Below, one piece after another: positions 53,001 through 61,465 of a stretch of DNA of 64,000 nucleotides. Under the pieces are notes generated by a model. That model was given only the letters and a program-made list of their open reading frames with translations. It made no database searches and had not been told where the DNA came from. The position numbers were made by a program, and so were the translations under genes. The stretch's first letter is position 1. Each line of letters opens with the position of its first letter. This DNA comes from an uncultured Desulfosarcina sp. (lineage in GTDB: Bacteria > Desulfobacterota > Desulfobacteria > Desulfobacterales > Desulfosarcinaceae), in contig CAXXWQ010000003.1 in the NCBI GenBank assembly GCA_963674945.2, positions 608,001 through 672,000 on the forward strand, written 5' to 3'.

Positions 53001-53040
53001 TGGAGACATGTGGTGGCAGGTGGCAAGACCGGCGAAGTAA
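50005..53040 (+). CDS. MMPL/RND-family exporter fused to a C-terminal class I SAM methyltransferase
   Basis: Two TM bundles (ITVDHGI, GMGVDY); C-terminal ILDIGCGYG and LLD..HYL. Confidence 0.88.
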   Translation: MKRNRSINITMLASVIIVAAILLFVALSRLTIETDIVASLPTDDPVIADGVHIFENNPVKDQIAIDIGNDTGDRKALMAAATLVETHLLKSDLFEKVGYEPVARGLAALSDHVMNSLPVLFAADELQTKVAPLLSEAAIGKSLADARDRLYQMDGIGQASAISADPLGFSHLLLSRLTALNPAPGASISKGHILSADGHHLLVLATPAGSGTDTKLARDLTRFFQDLESAVALRCGDDIRLTPTGAFRAALDNETIVRSDVNRAIVWATVGIGLLLLSAFSRPLMGLLALLPALAGTVMALFFFSLVHDSISIMVLGFGGAVISITVDHGIAYMLFVDGGGAWNQKAASREIRAVGLLAVLTSVGAFTVLAFSGFAVFEQLGWFTASGIGCAFAFVHLVQPRLLITSERATTPARKRFSMIVDRLASTGIVGLTLAALLAVVLAFFIRPHFNTDLTAMNTVSEKTRAADRLMADVWGDIFSNVYLMNEADDPAALAEKNDRIQRVLENESTAGRIGPVVTPALFFPGPDRREKNLTDWRRFWTRERTRRVIETVKREGRALGFADTAFEPFFDRLTHPTVKNFSMGPAIRALMGIAHDSSDGKWRQVTRVLPRDTFNHQAFYDRVSASCAVFDPVLFSRHMGDLLFSTFMKMLLIIAASLIVLISLFFVDAGLVLISLLPLSFAFVCTLGTLGIMDRPLDIPSLMLSVVILGMGVDYTLFLVRGYQRYRRFDHPGFAVVRTAVAMAAGSTLIGFAVLVGADHDLLKSAGWICLCGIGYCLAGAFLILPPFLRKRFEAPVDDTGGIERRYRNMEPYPRLFARFKRRLDPLFDEIAHLVPADNTLSHILDIGCGYGVPACWMAERFPGAVIHGIEPKPERVRVAALALGDRGQIVVGAAPDLPPVDAPMDLATLLDMSHYLTDRQLETTLECIRSHLSPKGTLIVRSVMPPFARPHWTWYLEHVKLRINGIRVCYRRPDQVEKIFRKCGFEVVQSLSSGKRGDMWWQVARPAK

Positions 53041-53110
53041 AAATCCGGGTCCAGAGGGCCCGGCTTTGGGCTCCCCGATAAGGGGGCTGCATCATGAGCG
53101 CATGGTATCG

Positions 53111-53195
53111 CAGGAGCCAGGAGCCAGAATTCAGGAGCCAGAATGAATCGAGCCGAAGGCGAATACCTGATTCTGGATTCTGATTCTGGATTCTT
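53111..53195. repeat. Inverted pair of heptamer arrays (caggagc/cagaat ... gattctg) around a short gccgaaggc core
   Basis: caggagc caggagc cagaatt caggagc cagaatg ... gattctg gattctg attctg gattctt. Confidence 0.75.
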
Positions 53196-53279
53196 GTAAC
53201 AATTATACGGCAGAGCCAATGAACGCTGACCTGGCCCAGAGGACCAGGTTTTCTACACCCCAATAAAATAGTCCTCTTG

Positions 53280-54167
53280 ATGCGACAAAGTAATCGACAC
53301 AGGTGGTATGGTTTCCTCTCCTTGGGCGAACGAACCGGTTTGCTGGCCTTCGGGGCGGCCCTGTCCCTGGCCGCCGTGGATATTCGCCTGGCCACCATTC
53401 CCCTTGCGCTGTTTCTCATGTGTTCGTTTCTCGCGCCCTTTTTTCCCTGGACCGGGTTCTTTTTCCCCGTCATCAGTCGGGGCAACACCAAGGCGCCCAT
53501 GGTGGCCCTCACCTTCGACGATGGTCCGGATCCGGTGACAACCCCCATGTTACTGGATCTGCTGTCCATCTATCGCGTTCCCGCCACGTTCTTCGTCACC
53601 GGCAGGCGCGTACAGGCATATCCGCACCTGGTCCGGCAGATCATCGAACATGGACATACCATCGGAAACCACAGCTATCACCACGAACAATATCGCATGT
53701 ACCTGCTTCCTTCCGTGCTGATGCGGGAAATCACCGATACCCAGGAGATTTTGGCCCGATCGGGCGTCGTTCCGGTGGCCTTCCGCCCGCCGGTGGGCGT
53801 CACCACGCCGGCCATGGGCGCCGTATTGGACGAGAAAGGGATGATCACCGTCAATTTCAGCTGCCGTGCATTCGACTGGGGCAATCGACACATCCACCGG
53901 CTGGCGAACAAGATCCTTTCTAAAATTCAAGGGGACGACATCGTGATGCTCCACGATTCCCTCCCTTCAGATCCGGCGCACCTGGATCGTTGGATCCGGG
54001 AGGTGAGAAAAATTCTTGCGGGCATATCCAAAAAGGGGTTCACCGTCGTACCGCTGGAAACGCTCATCGGCCGGCCGGTGATGAAAAAAAATGTTGTGCC
54101 ACAAGAAAAAGGTGAATCAACAATCTTTGGGACTGCGGTTTCAACACCCAAGCCCGAAAGCCGGTAA
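53280..54167 (+). CDS. Membrane-anchored polysaccharide deacetylase (NodB/CE4)
   Basis: LTFDDGP, GNHSYHH, FRPP.G and IVMLHD motifs. Confidence 0.92.
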   Translation: MRQSNRHRWYGFLSLGERTGLLAFGAALSLAAVDIRLATIPLALFLMCSFLAPFFPWTGFFFPVISRGNTKAPMVALTFDDGPDPVTTPMLLDLLSIYRVPATFFVTGRRVQAYPHLVRQIIEHGHTIGNHSYHHEQYRMYLLPSVLMREITDTQEILARSGVVPVAFRPPVGVTTPAMGAVLDEKGMITVNFSCRAFDWGNRHIHRLANKILSKIQGDDIVMLHDSLPSDPAHLDRWIREVRKILAGISKKGFTVVPLETLIGRPVMKKNVVPQEKGESTIFGTAVSTPKPESR

Positions 54168-54262
54168 AATGCATGCAAAATGATTGTAATTTAACTTCAT
54201 ATCGCTTGCATTTTTATGAAAATTACGGTAGCCTTCATTCAATCTCCAAAAAGGAGGCCCCC

Positions 54263-54511
54263 ATGCCCTCACTTCAAGTCAGAGAATTGCCGGAACCGAT
54301 TTATCGGCTTCTTCAGGAAGAGGCCCGAAAAGAACATCGGAGTTTTGCCCAACAGGCCATCGTTACCCTTGCCAAAGGACTGGGCATTACTGAAAACCCT
54401 AAAAAACGTCGTGCCGAAGTTTTGCGGAACATTTTGGAGAACCCGGTTGAGGCAAAGGCGGACCAGTTGATCGATCCTGTTTCTCTTGTCCGGGAGGACA
54501 GAGAACGATGA
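54263..54511 (+). CDS. RHH antitoxin (FitA/VapB-like)
   Basis: MPSLQVRELPE..Y..L...A....RS; REDRER tail overlaps the toxin start. Confidence 0.85.
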   Translation: MPSLQVRELPEPIYRLLQEEARKEHRSFAQQAIVTLAKGLGITENPKKRRAEVLRNILENPVEAKADQLIDPVSLVREDRER

Positions 54512-54918
54512 TCATTGTCCTCGATGCCAGTGCAGCCGTAGAAATTGTGCTTCAACGGGAAAACGGCAAACATTTTCTGCATCACATCGAAAGTGCGCAG
54601 TGGGTTTTGGCACCCGGATTGTTTGTCTCCGAAGTCACGAACGTCTTCTGGAAATATTTCAGGTTCGGGAATCTTTCCATGGAACAATGCGAAAAGGGAA
54701 TAGATTTTTCTGTTCATCTGCCCGATGAATACTGCGACGATAAAACAATGTACAAAGAAGCCTTTTCACTGGGATGTCAAACCGGAAAACCGGTCTATGA
54801 TATGTTCTATGTTGTTCTTGCCCGTCGCAACAACGGACATTTGATGACGCTGGATCGGACACTCGCCGACGTAGCCGATAAAAACTCGGTCAGGATTGTC
54901 ACGCCTCCCACCACGTGA
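54508..54918 (+). CDS. VapC-family PIN-domain toxin
   Basis: IVLDASA, E..N, YD..Y..LA and L.TLD motifs. Confidence 0.92.
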   Translation: MIIVLDASAAVEIVLQRENGKHFLHHIESAQWVLAPGLFVSEVTNVFWKYFRFGNLSMEQCEKGIDFSVHLPDEYCDDKTMYKEAFSLGCQTGKPVYDMFYVVLARRNNGHLMTLDRTLADVADKNSVRIVTPPTT

Positions 54919-54993
54919 GCAATCCGAAACTGGAAACCGCAATCACCGACCACCCGCAGAGCAGGTGGTTTGATGAAGCCCCCTTGAAAGGGG

Positions 54994-56064
54994 CTAAAAT
55001 CCAGACTTTGCGTGAGATTGTTTTTCTTCGTAATTTCTCCAGCACAGAGGATCGGAGGCGAGGTAATCGCCGGTCATCTGGAAGGCGGCCCCGCGGCAGC
55101 CGTAGCACCCATCGGCAAGTTCGCAGCTCCTGCACGGACCCTTTATCGTGTTGCGGTAGTCCTTGAGCGCTTTGAGCACCGGGCTCTCTTTGATGATGGC
55201 GGAAAGGGATTTGTCGCGGACGGAGCCTATGGAAATGGTCACCCCCACGCAGGGCATCACGTCGCCGTTGGAGGTCACCAGGCAGGAAAACTGGTGGCGC
55301 AGGCAGCGGTTGCCCACCAAGGGGGGCTGCGGTATCCATTCCCGGCCATACCGCTCTTTGTCCATTCTGGCCAGGGTCTCGAAAAGCCGTTTCAGGTCGG
55401 GTGGGTCCACGTCCAGCCATCGGTTTTCCAGGGCATTGGCCTGGGGGGTGATGATTTCGAAATAGGGGGCGATGCCCCGATCCCGGAGCCAGCACCAGAG
55501 TTGTGGCAGTTCCTGGATATTTTGTTTGCAGATGATGGTGCTCACGGCGAAAAAGGCCTCTTCGGAAGGGTACCCCGCACGCCGTAAATGGTCCAGGGCC
55601 GCTGCGATGATTCGGCCGGCGTCTTTTCTCCCCGACAGGCGTGCCTGCAGATCGCCGTCGAAGGTGTTCATCTTCAGCACCATGCGGACCCTTCGCGCAA
55701 ACAGCCATTTGGCGAATTCTAAGGTGATGCCGCTTCCATTGGTGAACATCTCCACCTCCATCTCCCGGGCCTGGATGAAGGTGATCATTTCCCTGATTTG
55801 CGGATAGATGCTCGGTTCGCCCCCCAGGATAATGATCCGGCGCGCCCCCAGGCTCTTGGCCTGCATCAGCACATCCTGGATCTCGGTAACCGTCAGTTCC
55901 CCGTCCAGATAGTCTGCTTCGGGCACATAGCAGTAGGGGCAGTTGAAATTGCAGCGCCGGCTGAATTCCACCTCCATGGTCAGCAGCCGGTTCTTGGCCG
56001 CCGTTCGGGCAACAATTTCTCGATCGAACGCGAATTCAAACGACTGGCCGGTGCAGCTTCCCAT
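54994..56064 (-). CDS. Radical SAM/SPASM-domain protein
   Basis: CNFNCPYC and GGEP; C-terminal C...G.V.PC...CRSC....CYGCR...C. Confidence 0.92.
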   Translation of the reverse strand: MGSCTGQSFEFAFDREIVARTAAKNRLLTMEVEFSRRCNFNCPYCYVPEADYLDGELTVTEIQDVLMQAKSLGARRIIILGGEPSIYPQIREMITFIQAREMEVEMFTNGSGITLEFAKWLFARRVRMVLKMNTFDGDLQARLSGRKDAGRIIAAALDHLRRAGYPSEEAFFAVSTIICKQNIQELPQLWCWLRDRGIAPYFEIITPQANALENRWLDVDPPDLKRLFETLARMDKERYGREWIPQPPLVGNRCLRHQFSCLVTSNGDVMPCVGVTISIGSVRDKSLSAIIKESPVLKALKDYRNTIKGPCRSCELADGCYGCRGAAFQMTGDYLASDPLCWRNYEEKQSHAKSGF

Positions 56065-56229
56065 GAATTGATCCTCTTCCACTTACTTCCATCATCAAGG
56101 CGATGGCGTTTCGATATCTGTTTACACCTAAGTTGCGCGATTGTCGAGCCGGCAGAAAGATCGTTGTTCCTCTCCGTGGGTTCTGCGACGCTGCGAGAGA
56201 TTCTCTTTTTGGTGCCAGACGTTCCATGT

Positions 56230-56736
56230 TCAGCCGTCAATGGTCTTGAATTTCTCGGGCGGTGCGCCGCAGATGGGACATTTCTTGGGAATCCGCTTAT
56301 CTGTCACGTAGCCGCACACCTGGCATACATGGTACTCTTTCACCTGCTCCTTGATCACATTCATGATCGCCCGTTCGTAGAGTTTGGCGTGGTACCCTTC
56401 GGCATCCCGGGCATGGCTGAAGGCCAGTGACGCTGCGGTCTCGCCCTCGTCCTCGGCGGTTTTCAAAAAATCGGGATAGGCGTTCTCGCTGACGGTCTTC
56501 TCCCGCTGGAAGGATGCTTCCAGGTTGGTATCGGTATCCTTGACGAGAAGGTCTTTTACCAGGTTCAGTTGCCGGGTGGCATGCACCCGTTCGGCTTCGG
56601 CGATGGCGCGGAACAGCAGGGCGATCTGTGGAACTTCCTCCTCTTCCGCTTTTTCCGCGTATGCCAATAATCGGAAATAGGCCTTTGCCTCACCGATGAA
56701 CGCCTTGTAGATATTATCCTTGGTTTTGGGTCCCAT
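56230..56736 (-). CDS. Rubrerythrin-family protein
   Basis: AF.GE, AE.VHA, AE..H and C-terminal CQVCGY...CPICG motifs. Confidence 0.92.
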   Translation of the reverse strand: MGPKTKDNIYKAFIGEAKAYFRLLAYAEKAEEEEVPQIALLFRAIAEAERVHATRQLNLVKDLLVKDTDTNLEASFQREKTVSENAYPDFLKTAEDEGETAASLAFSHARDAEGYHAKLYERAIMNVIKEQVKEYHVCQVCGYVTDKRIPKKCPICGAPPEKFKTIDG

Positions 56737-56985
56737 GTATCTCCTCCATCCAGGGGTTAATCAGTCTTACACCACGAACTTTTATATCATAAACATTTAT
56801 TTATTGAAAAATCCTTCGTTTTTTCGTTTATTTTGGGTGAACCATACGTAGCTCTTTCTCGAAACACGCCACTTTTGAAAGTGGAACAGGTACGGCTTTT
56901 GAAATACCTTTTTTGATCGAGGCGCCATCATAGGCGATCCTGCGGCGGGCTGGTATGGCGTTCATCCGTTTTTACACTTCTCTGT

Positions 56986-58483
56986 CAATGCCATTAACTT
57001 AAGAAGCAGTTAAACGGCATAACATATCAAATATATTGCAAATTATGTTGTATTAGGTGGATCGACATGGTATACTCACTTTCAATAATAACAGCCAGTT
57101 ATATAATCAAAAGGAGCATACCATGTCGAAAATTAGCGAGAAATTTGGTAACTTTGGCACGAAACCTGATTTTCAATGTATGTGCCAAAACAATTGAATT
57201 TATAAGAGAAATTATCTCCTCTCCTGACTTCATCGCTCGCCACAGAAAAAACAAGAACGATTTCACACGGAATAGAAAACTTCCGTTTCATGTCTTGATC
57301 GTTTTTCTCATCAACCTTGTCAAAGGTTCATACCAGGACGAACTGGATAGATTCTTCAAGACATTATGCCGCTTCGATGTGGCAAGACGGGTCGTATCGA
57401 AAGCAGCTTTAACAAAAGCGCGAATGAAGCTCAAGTATGAAGCCTTTGTTGAATTGAATTTACAGTTAATCATCTATTTTGAAAAGCATTTTCGTCCCAA
57501 GTTGTGGTTCGGGTTCCGGTTGCTGGCCATTGACGGTTCTACAACAAAATTGCCGGTGACGGATGATGTCGCCCAGCATTTTGGCGTTTGGAACGTTCGT
57601 CAGGGTGCGCCATCTCCCATGGCAAGGGTTTCTCAGCTTTTCGATGTCCTCAACAAAATGACCGTCGATGCCCTTATCAAGCCCAAACGTATCGGTGAAC
57701 GCGAACTGGCGGCGCAACACATGCTAAACGTCATGCCCAAGGATTTGATCCTTCTCGATAGGGGGTACCCGGCATGGTGGCTTTTTAACCTGATCCTTTC
57801 CATGGAGGCCAACTTCTGTGCCCGCGTGTCTTGTACGAAATGGAAAGTCGTTCGTAAGTTTTTTCATTCCGGGCTATCGGAAAAGATTGTTACCGTGCCT
57901 GTTCATCCTACCTCCGTTTCCCAATGCAAACAGATGGGGTTGGACACAACCCCTTTAAAACTTCGTCTGATCCGCATTGAAAACGATGGGAAGGTTGCCG
58001 TGCTAATGACTTCGCTGATTGACAAGGGAACATATCCAATCGAACTGTTTAGCGATCTTTACCACAAAAGATGGCCAGTGGAAGAGGATTACAAAATCAT
58101 CAAATGCCGGATGGAACTGGAAAACTTTTCTGGCCAATCTGCGCTGTCTGTGTATCAAGACTTTCACGCAAAGATTTTCGCCAAAAACCTGGTCTGGATG
58201 ATGGCTTTTCCTGTCCAAGACCAGATGGACAATGACATTGTGGATAAAAAACACCGATACCAGATCAATTTCACCCAGGCGCTGTCAAAAAGTAAAGGTG
58301 TGATCGTCTTGCTGTTTCTCGATACGAAAAGGATGATCAAACGATTGATCGCCGATTTGCAATATATTTTTCAAAGAACCGTTGAACCGATTAGGCCGGG
58401 GAGAAAATATCCGCGCAAACACAAAGCGAAACCGCGCATATATTTTCCTCAGTACAAGCCGATCGGTTAAGTTAACGACATTG
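56986..58483 (+). mobile_element. IS4-family insertion sequence (1498 bp)
   Basis: IRL caatgccattaacttaa / IRR ttaagttaacgacattg (15 of 17 match); 10-bp direct repeat acttctctgt at 56976-56985 and 58484-58493. Confidence 0.93.
57067..58470 (+). CDS. IS4-family DDE transposase (true start uncertain)
   Basis: FTRNRKLPF, AIDGS, DRGY and Y..RW.VE...K (YREK) motifs. Confidence 0.93.
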   Translation: MVYSLSIITASYIIKRSIPCRKLARNLVTLARNLIFNVCAKTIEFIREIISSPDFIARHRKNKNDFTRNRKLPFHVLIVFLINLVKGSYQDELDRFFKTLCRFDVARRVVSKAALTKARMKLKYEAFVELNLQLIIYFEKHFRPKLWFGFRLLAIDGSTTKLPVTDDVAQHFGVWNVRQGAPSPMARVSQLFDVLNKMTVDALIKPKRIGERELAAQHMLNVMPKDLILLDRGYPAWWLFNLILSMEANFCARVSCTKWKVVRKFFHSGLSEKIVTVPVHPTSVSQCKQMGLDTTPLKLRLIRIENDGKVAVLMTSLIDKGTYPIELFSDLYHKRWPVEEDYKIIKCRMELENFSGQSALSVYQDFHAKIFAKNLVWMMAFPVQDQMDNDIVDKKHRYQINFTQALSKSKGVIVLLFLDTKRMIKRLIADLQYIFQRTVEPIRPGRKYPRKHKAKPRIYFPQYKPIG

Positions 58484-58516
58484 ACTTCTCTGTCATAAAA
58501 AAAAGGAGATCGCGAT

Positions 58517-58738
58517 ATGTTGAATGGACAATGCCCGCGTTGCAACGCAAAGGATGTTTATAAAAAGAACAATGGCATAATATCCGGCGAAAAGCATGTC
58601 TATGTTACCGGGCTTGGTTTCACCTCTCCGCGAACCGATCAAACAACGTTTCTCTGCACGTCCTGCGGATACTATGAAAACTATATCGCAGACGAAACCA
58701 TTCGGGAGAAAGTCACCCAAAAGTGGGAAAAAGCATAG
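58517..58738 (+). CDS. Small zinc-ribbon protein
   Basis: RBS aaggag; CPRC...CTSCGYYENY. Confidence 0.75.
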   Translation: MLNGQCPRCNAKDVYKKNNGIISGEKHVYVTGLGFTSPRTDQTTFLCTSCGYYENYIADETIREKVTQKWEKA

Positions 58739-58759
58739 ATAAAACCCCCATGAGGAAGG

Positions 58760-59578
58760 ATGTACATGAAACTCGAGGTCCAGGATTGCTGCAATGATTT
58801 GCAAAAAGTGCGGAACAAGGCACCGCTGGTTCACAATATCACCAACTTTGTCGTCATGAACAATACGGCGAACGCGCTGCTGGCCATCGGTGCGTCGCCT
58901 GTAATGGCCCATGCCGTCGAAGAAGTTGCAGAGATGTCGGCACTCGCCTCTGCACTGGTGATCAACATCGGGACCCTGAGCCAAAAGTGGATCACCGCCA
59001 TGGCACTAGCGATGACAACAGCACAAAGCAATGGTGTCCCGATTGTCTTCGATCCGGTTGGTGCCGGTGCAACCGCGTTTCGGACCCGGTCCTGTCTTGA
59101 ACTTCTCGGGCAAACCGCGCCAACCGTGATCCGGGGAAACGCCTCCGAAATTATGGCGCTGGCCGGCGATACGGTGCGGACAAAAGGGGTCGATAGCGCG
59201 GCGGCAGCAAATGAAGCCGGGAATGCGGCGTCGGCATTGGCGGAAAAATATGCCTGCGTGGTCTGCGTCAGCGGTGCCGTTGATCTGATCACCGATGGCA
59301 ATCAAAGCGTCCGGGTGCGTAACGGACACCCGCTCATGCCGAAGGTCACCGGCCTCGGTTGTACCGCAACGGCTCTCGTCGGTGCCTTCTGTGCCGTCAA
59401 CAATAACGCCCTTGCGGCAACTGGCCACGCCATGGCGACAATGGGGATCTGCGGAGAACTTGCCGCAGCGCAAGCGGCGGGACCGGGAACCCTTCAGGTT
59501 CACTTGATTGATGCCTTCTATACTTTACACAGCGAACAAATTGAAGCACATTGGCTCGACCCGGAGTCAAAGGGTTGA
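58760..59578 (+). CDS. thiM: Hydroxyethylthiazole kinase
   Basis: PLVHNITNFV, GASPVMA, DPVGAGAT..R, RGNASEI and VTGLGC motifs. Confidence 0.95.
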   Translation: MYMKLEVQDCCNDLQKVRNKAPLVHNITNFVVMNNTANALLAIGASPVMAHAVEEVAEMSALASALVINIGTLSQKWITAMALAMTTAQSNGVPIVFDPVGAGATAFRTRSCLELLGQTAPTVIRGNASEIMALAGDTVRTKGVDSAAAANEAGNAASALAEKYACVVCVSGAVDLITDGNQSVRVRNGHPLMPKVTGLGCTATALVGAFCAVNNNALAATGHAMATMGICGELAAAQAAGPGTLQVHLIDAFYTLHSEQIEAHWLDPESKG

Positions 59579-59765
59579 CATAAACCGCTCCTACTCCCTC
59601 CAATGTTCGGGCCGATGCAGCGCATCGGCGCAACGTATTTTTCCACTGACGGTGCCGATCACCCCCGGGAAAAGCGCCTGAACCATCCAGGCGTCGGCAT
59701 GTTCATCTTCCATTGCTTTTCGTATTTTCATTTTTTCTCCCGCCTTTTTCTTCCGGGTGAGAACA

Positions 59766-60881
59766 TCATCCATTTCGATCCCGTTTCTTCATCGCCTTGA
59801 CTTTCAGGGCCACCCCTTTCCAGCGTTCCTTTTCCAGGCGGTCGGCACTCTTGTGCTGCCGATGAGACAGATAGGTCAGCTCACGTTTCATTTTGTGGTA
59901 ACTTTCCAGTCTGTCTTGCAGGAGATCCCCGTCCGTCACCGCCTGCAGGACCCGGCAACCGGGTTCGTGGACATGGCTGCAGTCGGAAAAACGGCACTGC
60001 ACGGCAAGGTTTTCAATCTCCGGAAAGGCGGTGCCGATCCCGTCGCCATCGTTCCAGAAACCGATTTCACGAATACCGGGATTGTCAATCACCATCCCCC
60101 CCTGGGGCATCACGATCAGATCACGGGTGGTCGTCGTGTGCGTTCCTTTGCCCACACTGTCACTGATCGAACCGGTCGTCTGCAGGGGCTTGCCGTAGAG
60201 CCGGTTCACCAGGGTGGATTTACCGGCACCGGAAGAGCCAACCATGGTGGTGGTCTGTCCCGGAGACAAATATTGTCCAAGTTGTGCCGGCCCTTCGTCA
60301 TCCAGTGCCGAAATCAGGTGCGTCGGGACCCCGAAGGCAACCGCTTCCACTTCAGCGAGAAAATGCTCCGGATTCTCGTGAAGATCGGCTTTCGTCAGAA
60401 TGATGACGGGTTTGAGGCAAGCGTTGTAGACCAGCGTCAGGTACCGTTCAATGCGGCGCAGGTTAAAATCCCGGTCCAGACCGCAAACGATAAACACCGT
60501 ATCGAGGTTTGCCGCAATGACCTGCTCTTTTTGTGGCAGGTCATCCTGTTTGCCACGTGTGCCCGCAGCGCGCCGGCTCAGCGTATTTTTTCGGGGTAAC
60601 ACGGTCACGATCACCGTGTCTGTGGCAAGAACCCAATCCCCCGTGACGGGATACAAACATTCAGCGTTGTGCTGGAGCCGTCCGGCTACGGTGGCGAGCC
60701 ACTCGTTTTTTCCGTTACTGATACGAAAGCTGTTCTTTCTCACCCCGACCACCCTGGCCGGGATAGCTTGCTCGTTGCAGAAACGTTCCAGCTCTGTCTG
60801 GAAATGGGTGGTCCATCCCAACCGTGAAAGATGAAGGGTGCTGTCGGTATATTTTTTTTCCATATTTTTCGTCGTACGCAT
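59766..60881 (-). CDS. rsgA: Ribosome small subunit-dependent GTPase A
   Basis: TGDWV, ANLD, TKAD, GSSGAGKSTL.N, HTTT, D.PG.RE and CRFSDC.H..EPGC motifs. Confidence 0.93.
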   Translation of the reverse strand: MRTTKNMEKKYTDSTLHLSRLGWTTHFQTELERFCNEQAIPARVVGVRKNSFRISNGKNEWLATVAGRLQHNAECLYPVTGDWVLATDTVIVTVLPRKNTLSRRAAGTRGKQDDLPQKEQVIAANLDTVFIVCGLDRDFNLRRIERYLTLVYNACLKPVIILTKADLHENPEHFLAEVEAVAFGVPTHLISALDDEGPAQLGQYLSPGQTTTMVGSSGAGKSTLVNRLYGKPLQTTGSISDSVGKGTHTTTTRDLIVMPQGGMVIDNPGIREIGFWNDGDGIGTAFPEIENLAVQCRFSDCSHVHEPGCRVLQAVTDGDLLQDRLESYHKMKRELTYLSHRQHKSADRLEKERWKGVALKVKAMKKRDRNG

Positions 60882-61125
60882 TGTCAGACTCCGCTTTTAT
60901 TGTCTGTCGCCATACCGGCATTGCCTGGCACAGGGCGCCAGGGACAGGTAAACATTCTGCCGATAAATCTTATATTCTTTTGATATCAGGGTCTTAGAAC
61001 CGTTACCGATGATGGGGGCAACTATACCGGCGGAATCTCGAAGAAGGAGTCTGCTGCGGAACAGATCCGGAGGGACAGATCTGTCTTAAACGGAAAAGCC
61101 TGTTTTGCTTATTGCAGAGCTACAA

Positions 61126-61197
61126 TCAATCAGCCACCGTGGGGTTGGTCCCCTTGCCGGTAACGATTGACGCAATATCCATAGATTTTCTGAACAA
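61126..61197 (-). CDS. Putative leader peptide upstream of rsgA (MFRKSMDIASIVTGKGTNPTVAD)
   Basis: RBS agagg followed by TTG at 61197 and an in-frame ATG at 61182; stop at 61126-61128; coding region complementary to 61001-61022. Confidence 0.5.
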   Translation of the reverse strand: MFRKSMDIASIVTGKGTNPTVAD

Positions 61198-61465
61198 AAA
61201 AACCTCTTTCATATGATTTTTCATTGAAGGAGTCCAAGTATTCTAAATGACATGTTGCTGTCAAGTTTTTTCATTCTTTTCTTCTTGGCCCGAACTGTTG
61301 GTGTGGCAGGTCCCTGACAATTCTGATACCATGCCATTGGAATCAACGAACAATGGCGAATCTGTCTTCAATGACACCAAGATGGTGTCCATGCAGTCAA
61401 AATTGTCGACCATCATTGAGGTATCGCAATGAGAGATTATCCCCCCATCCACCCTGGTGAAAAAA

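Noticed and set aside
58484..58760. TPP riboswitch before thiM
   Set aside because: No CTGAGA/ACCTG core is visible, and the region is occupied by a small CDS and the IS end.
61247..61452. Short ORFs on both strands between the rsgA leader and the TA remnant
   Set aside because: No recognisable motif or convincing start; I cannot support a call.
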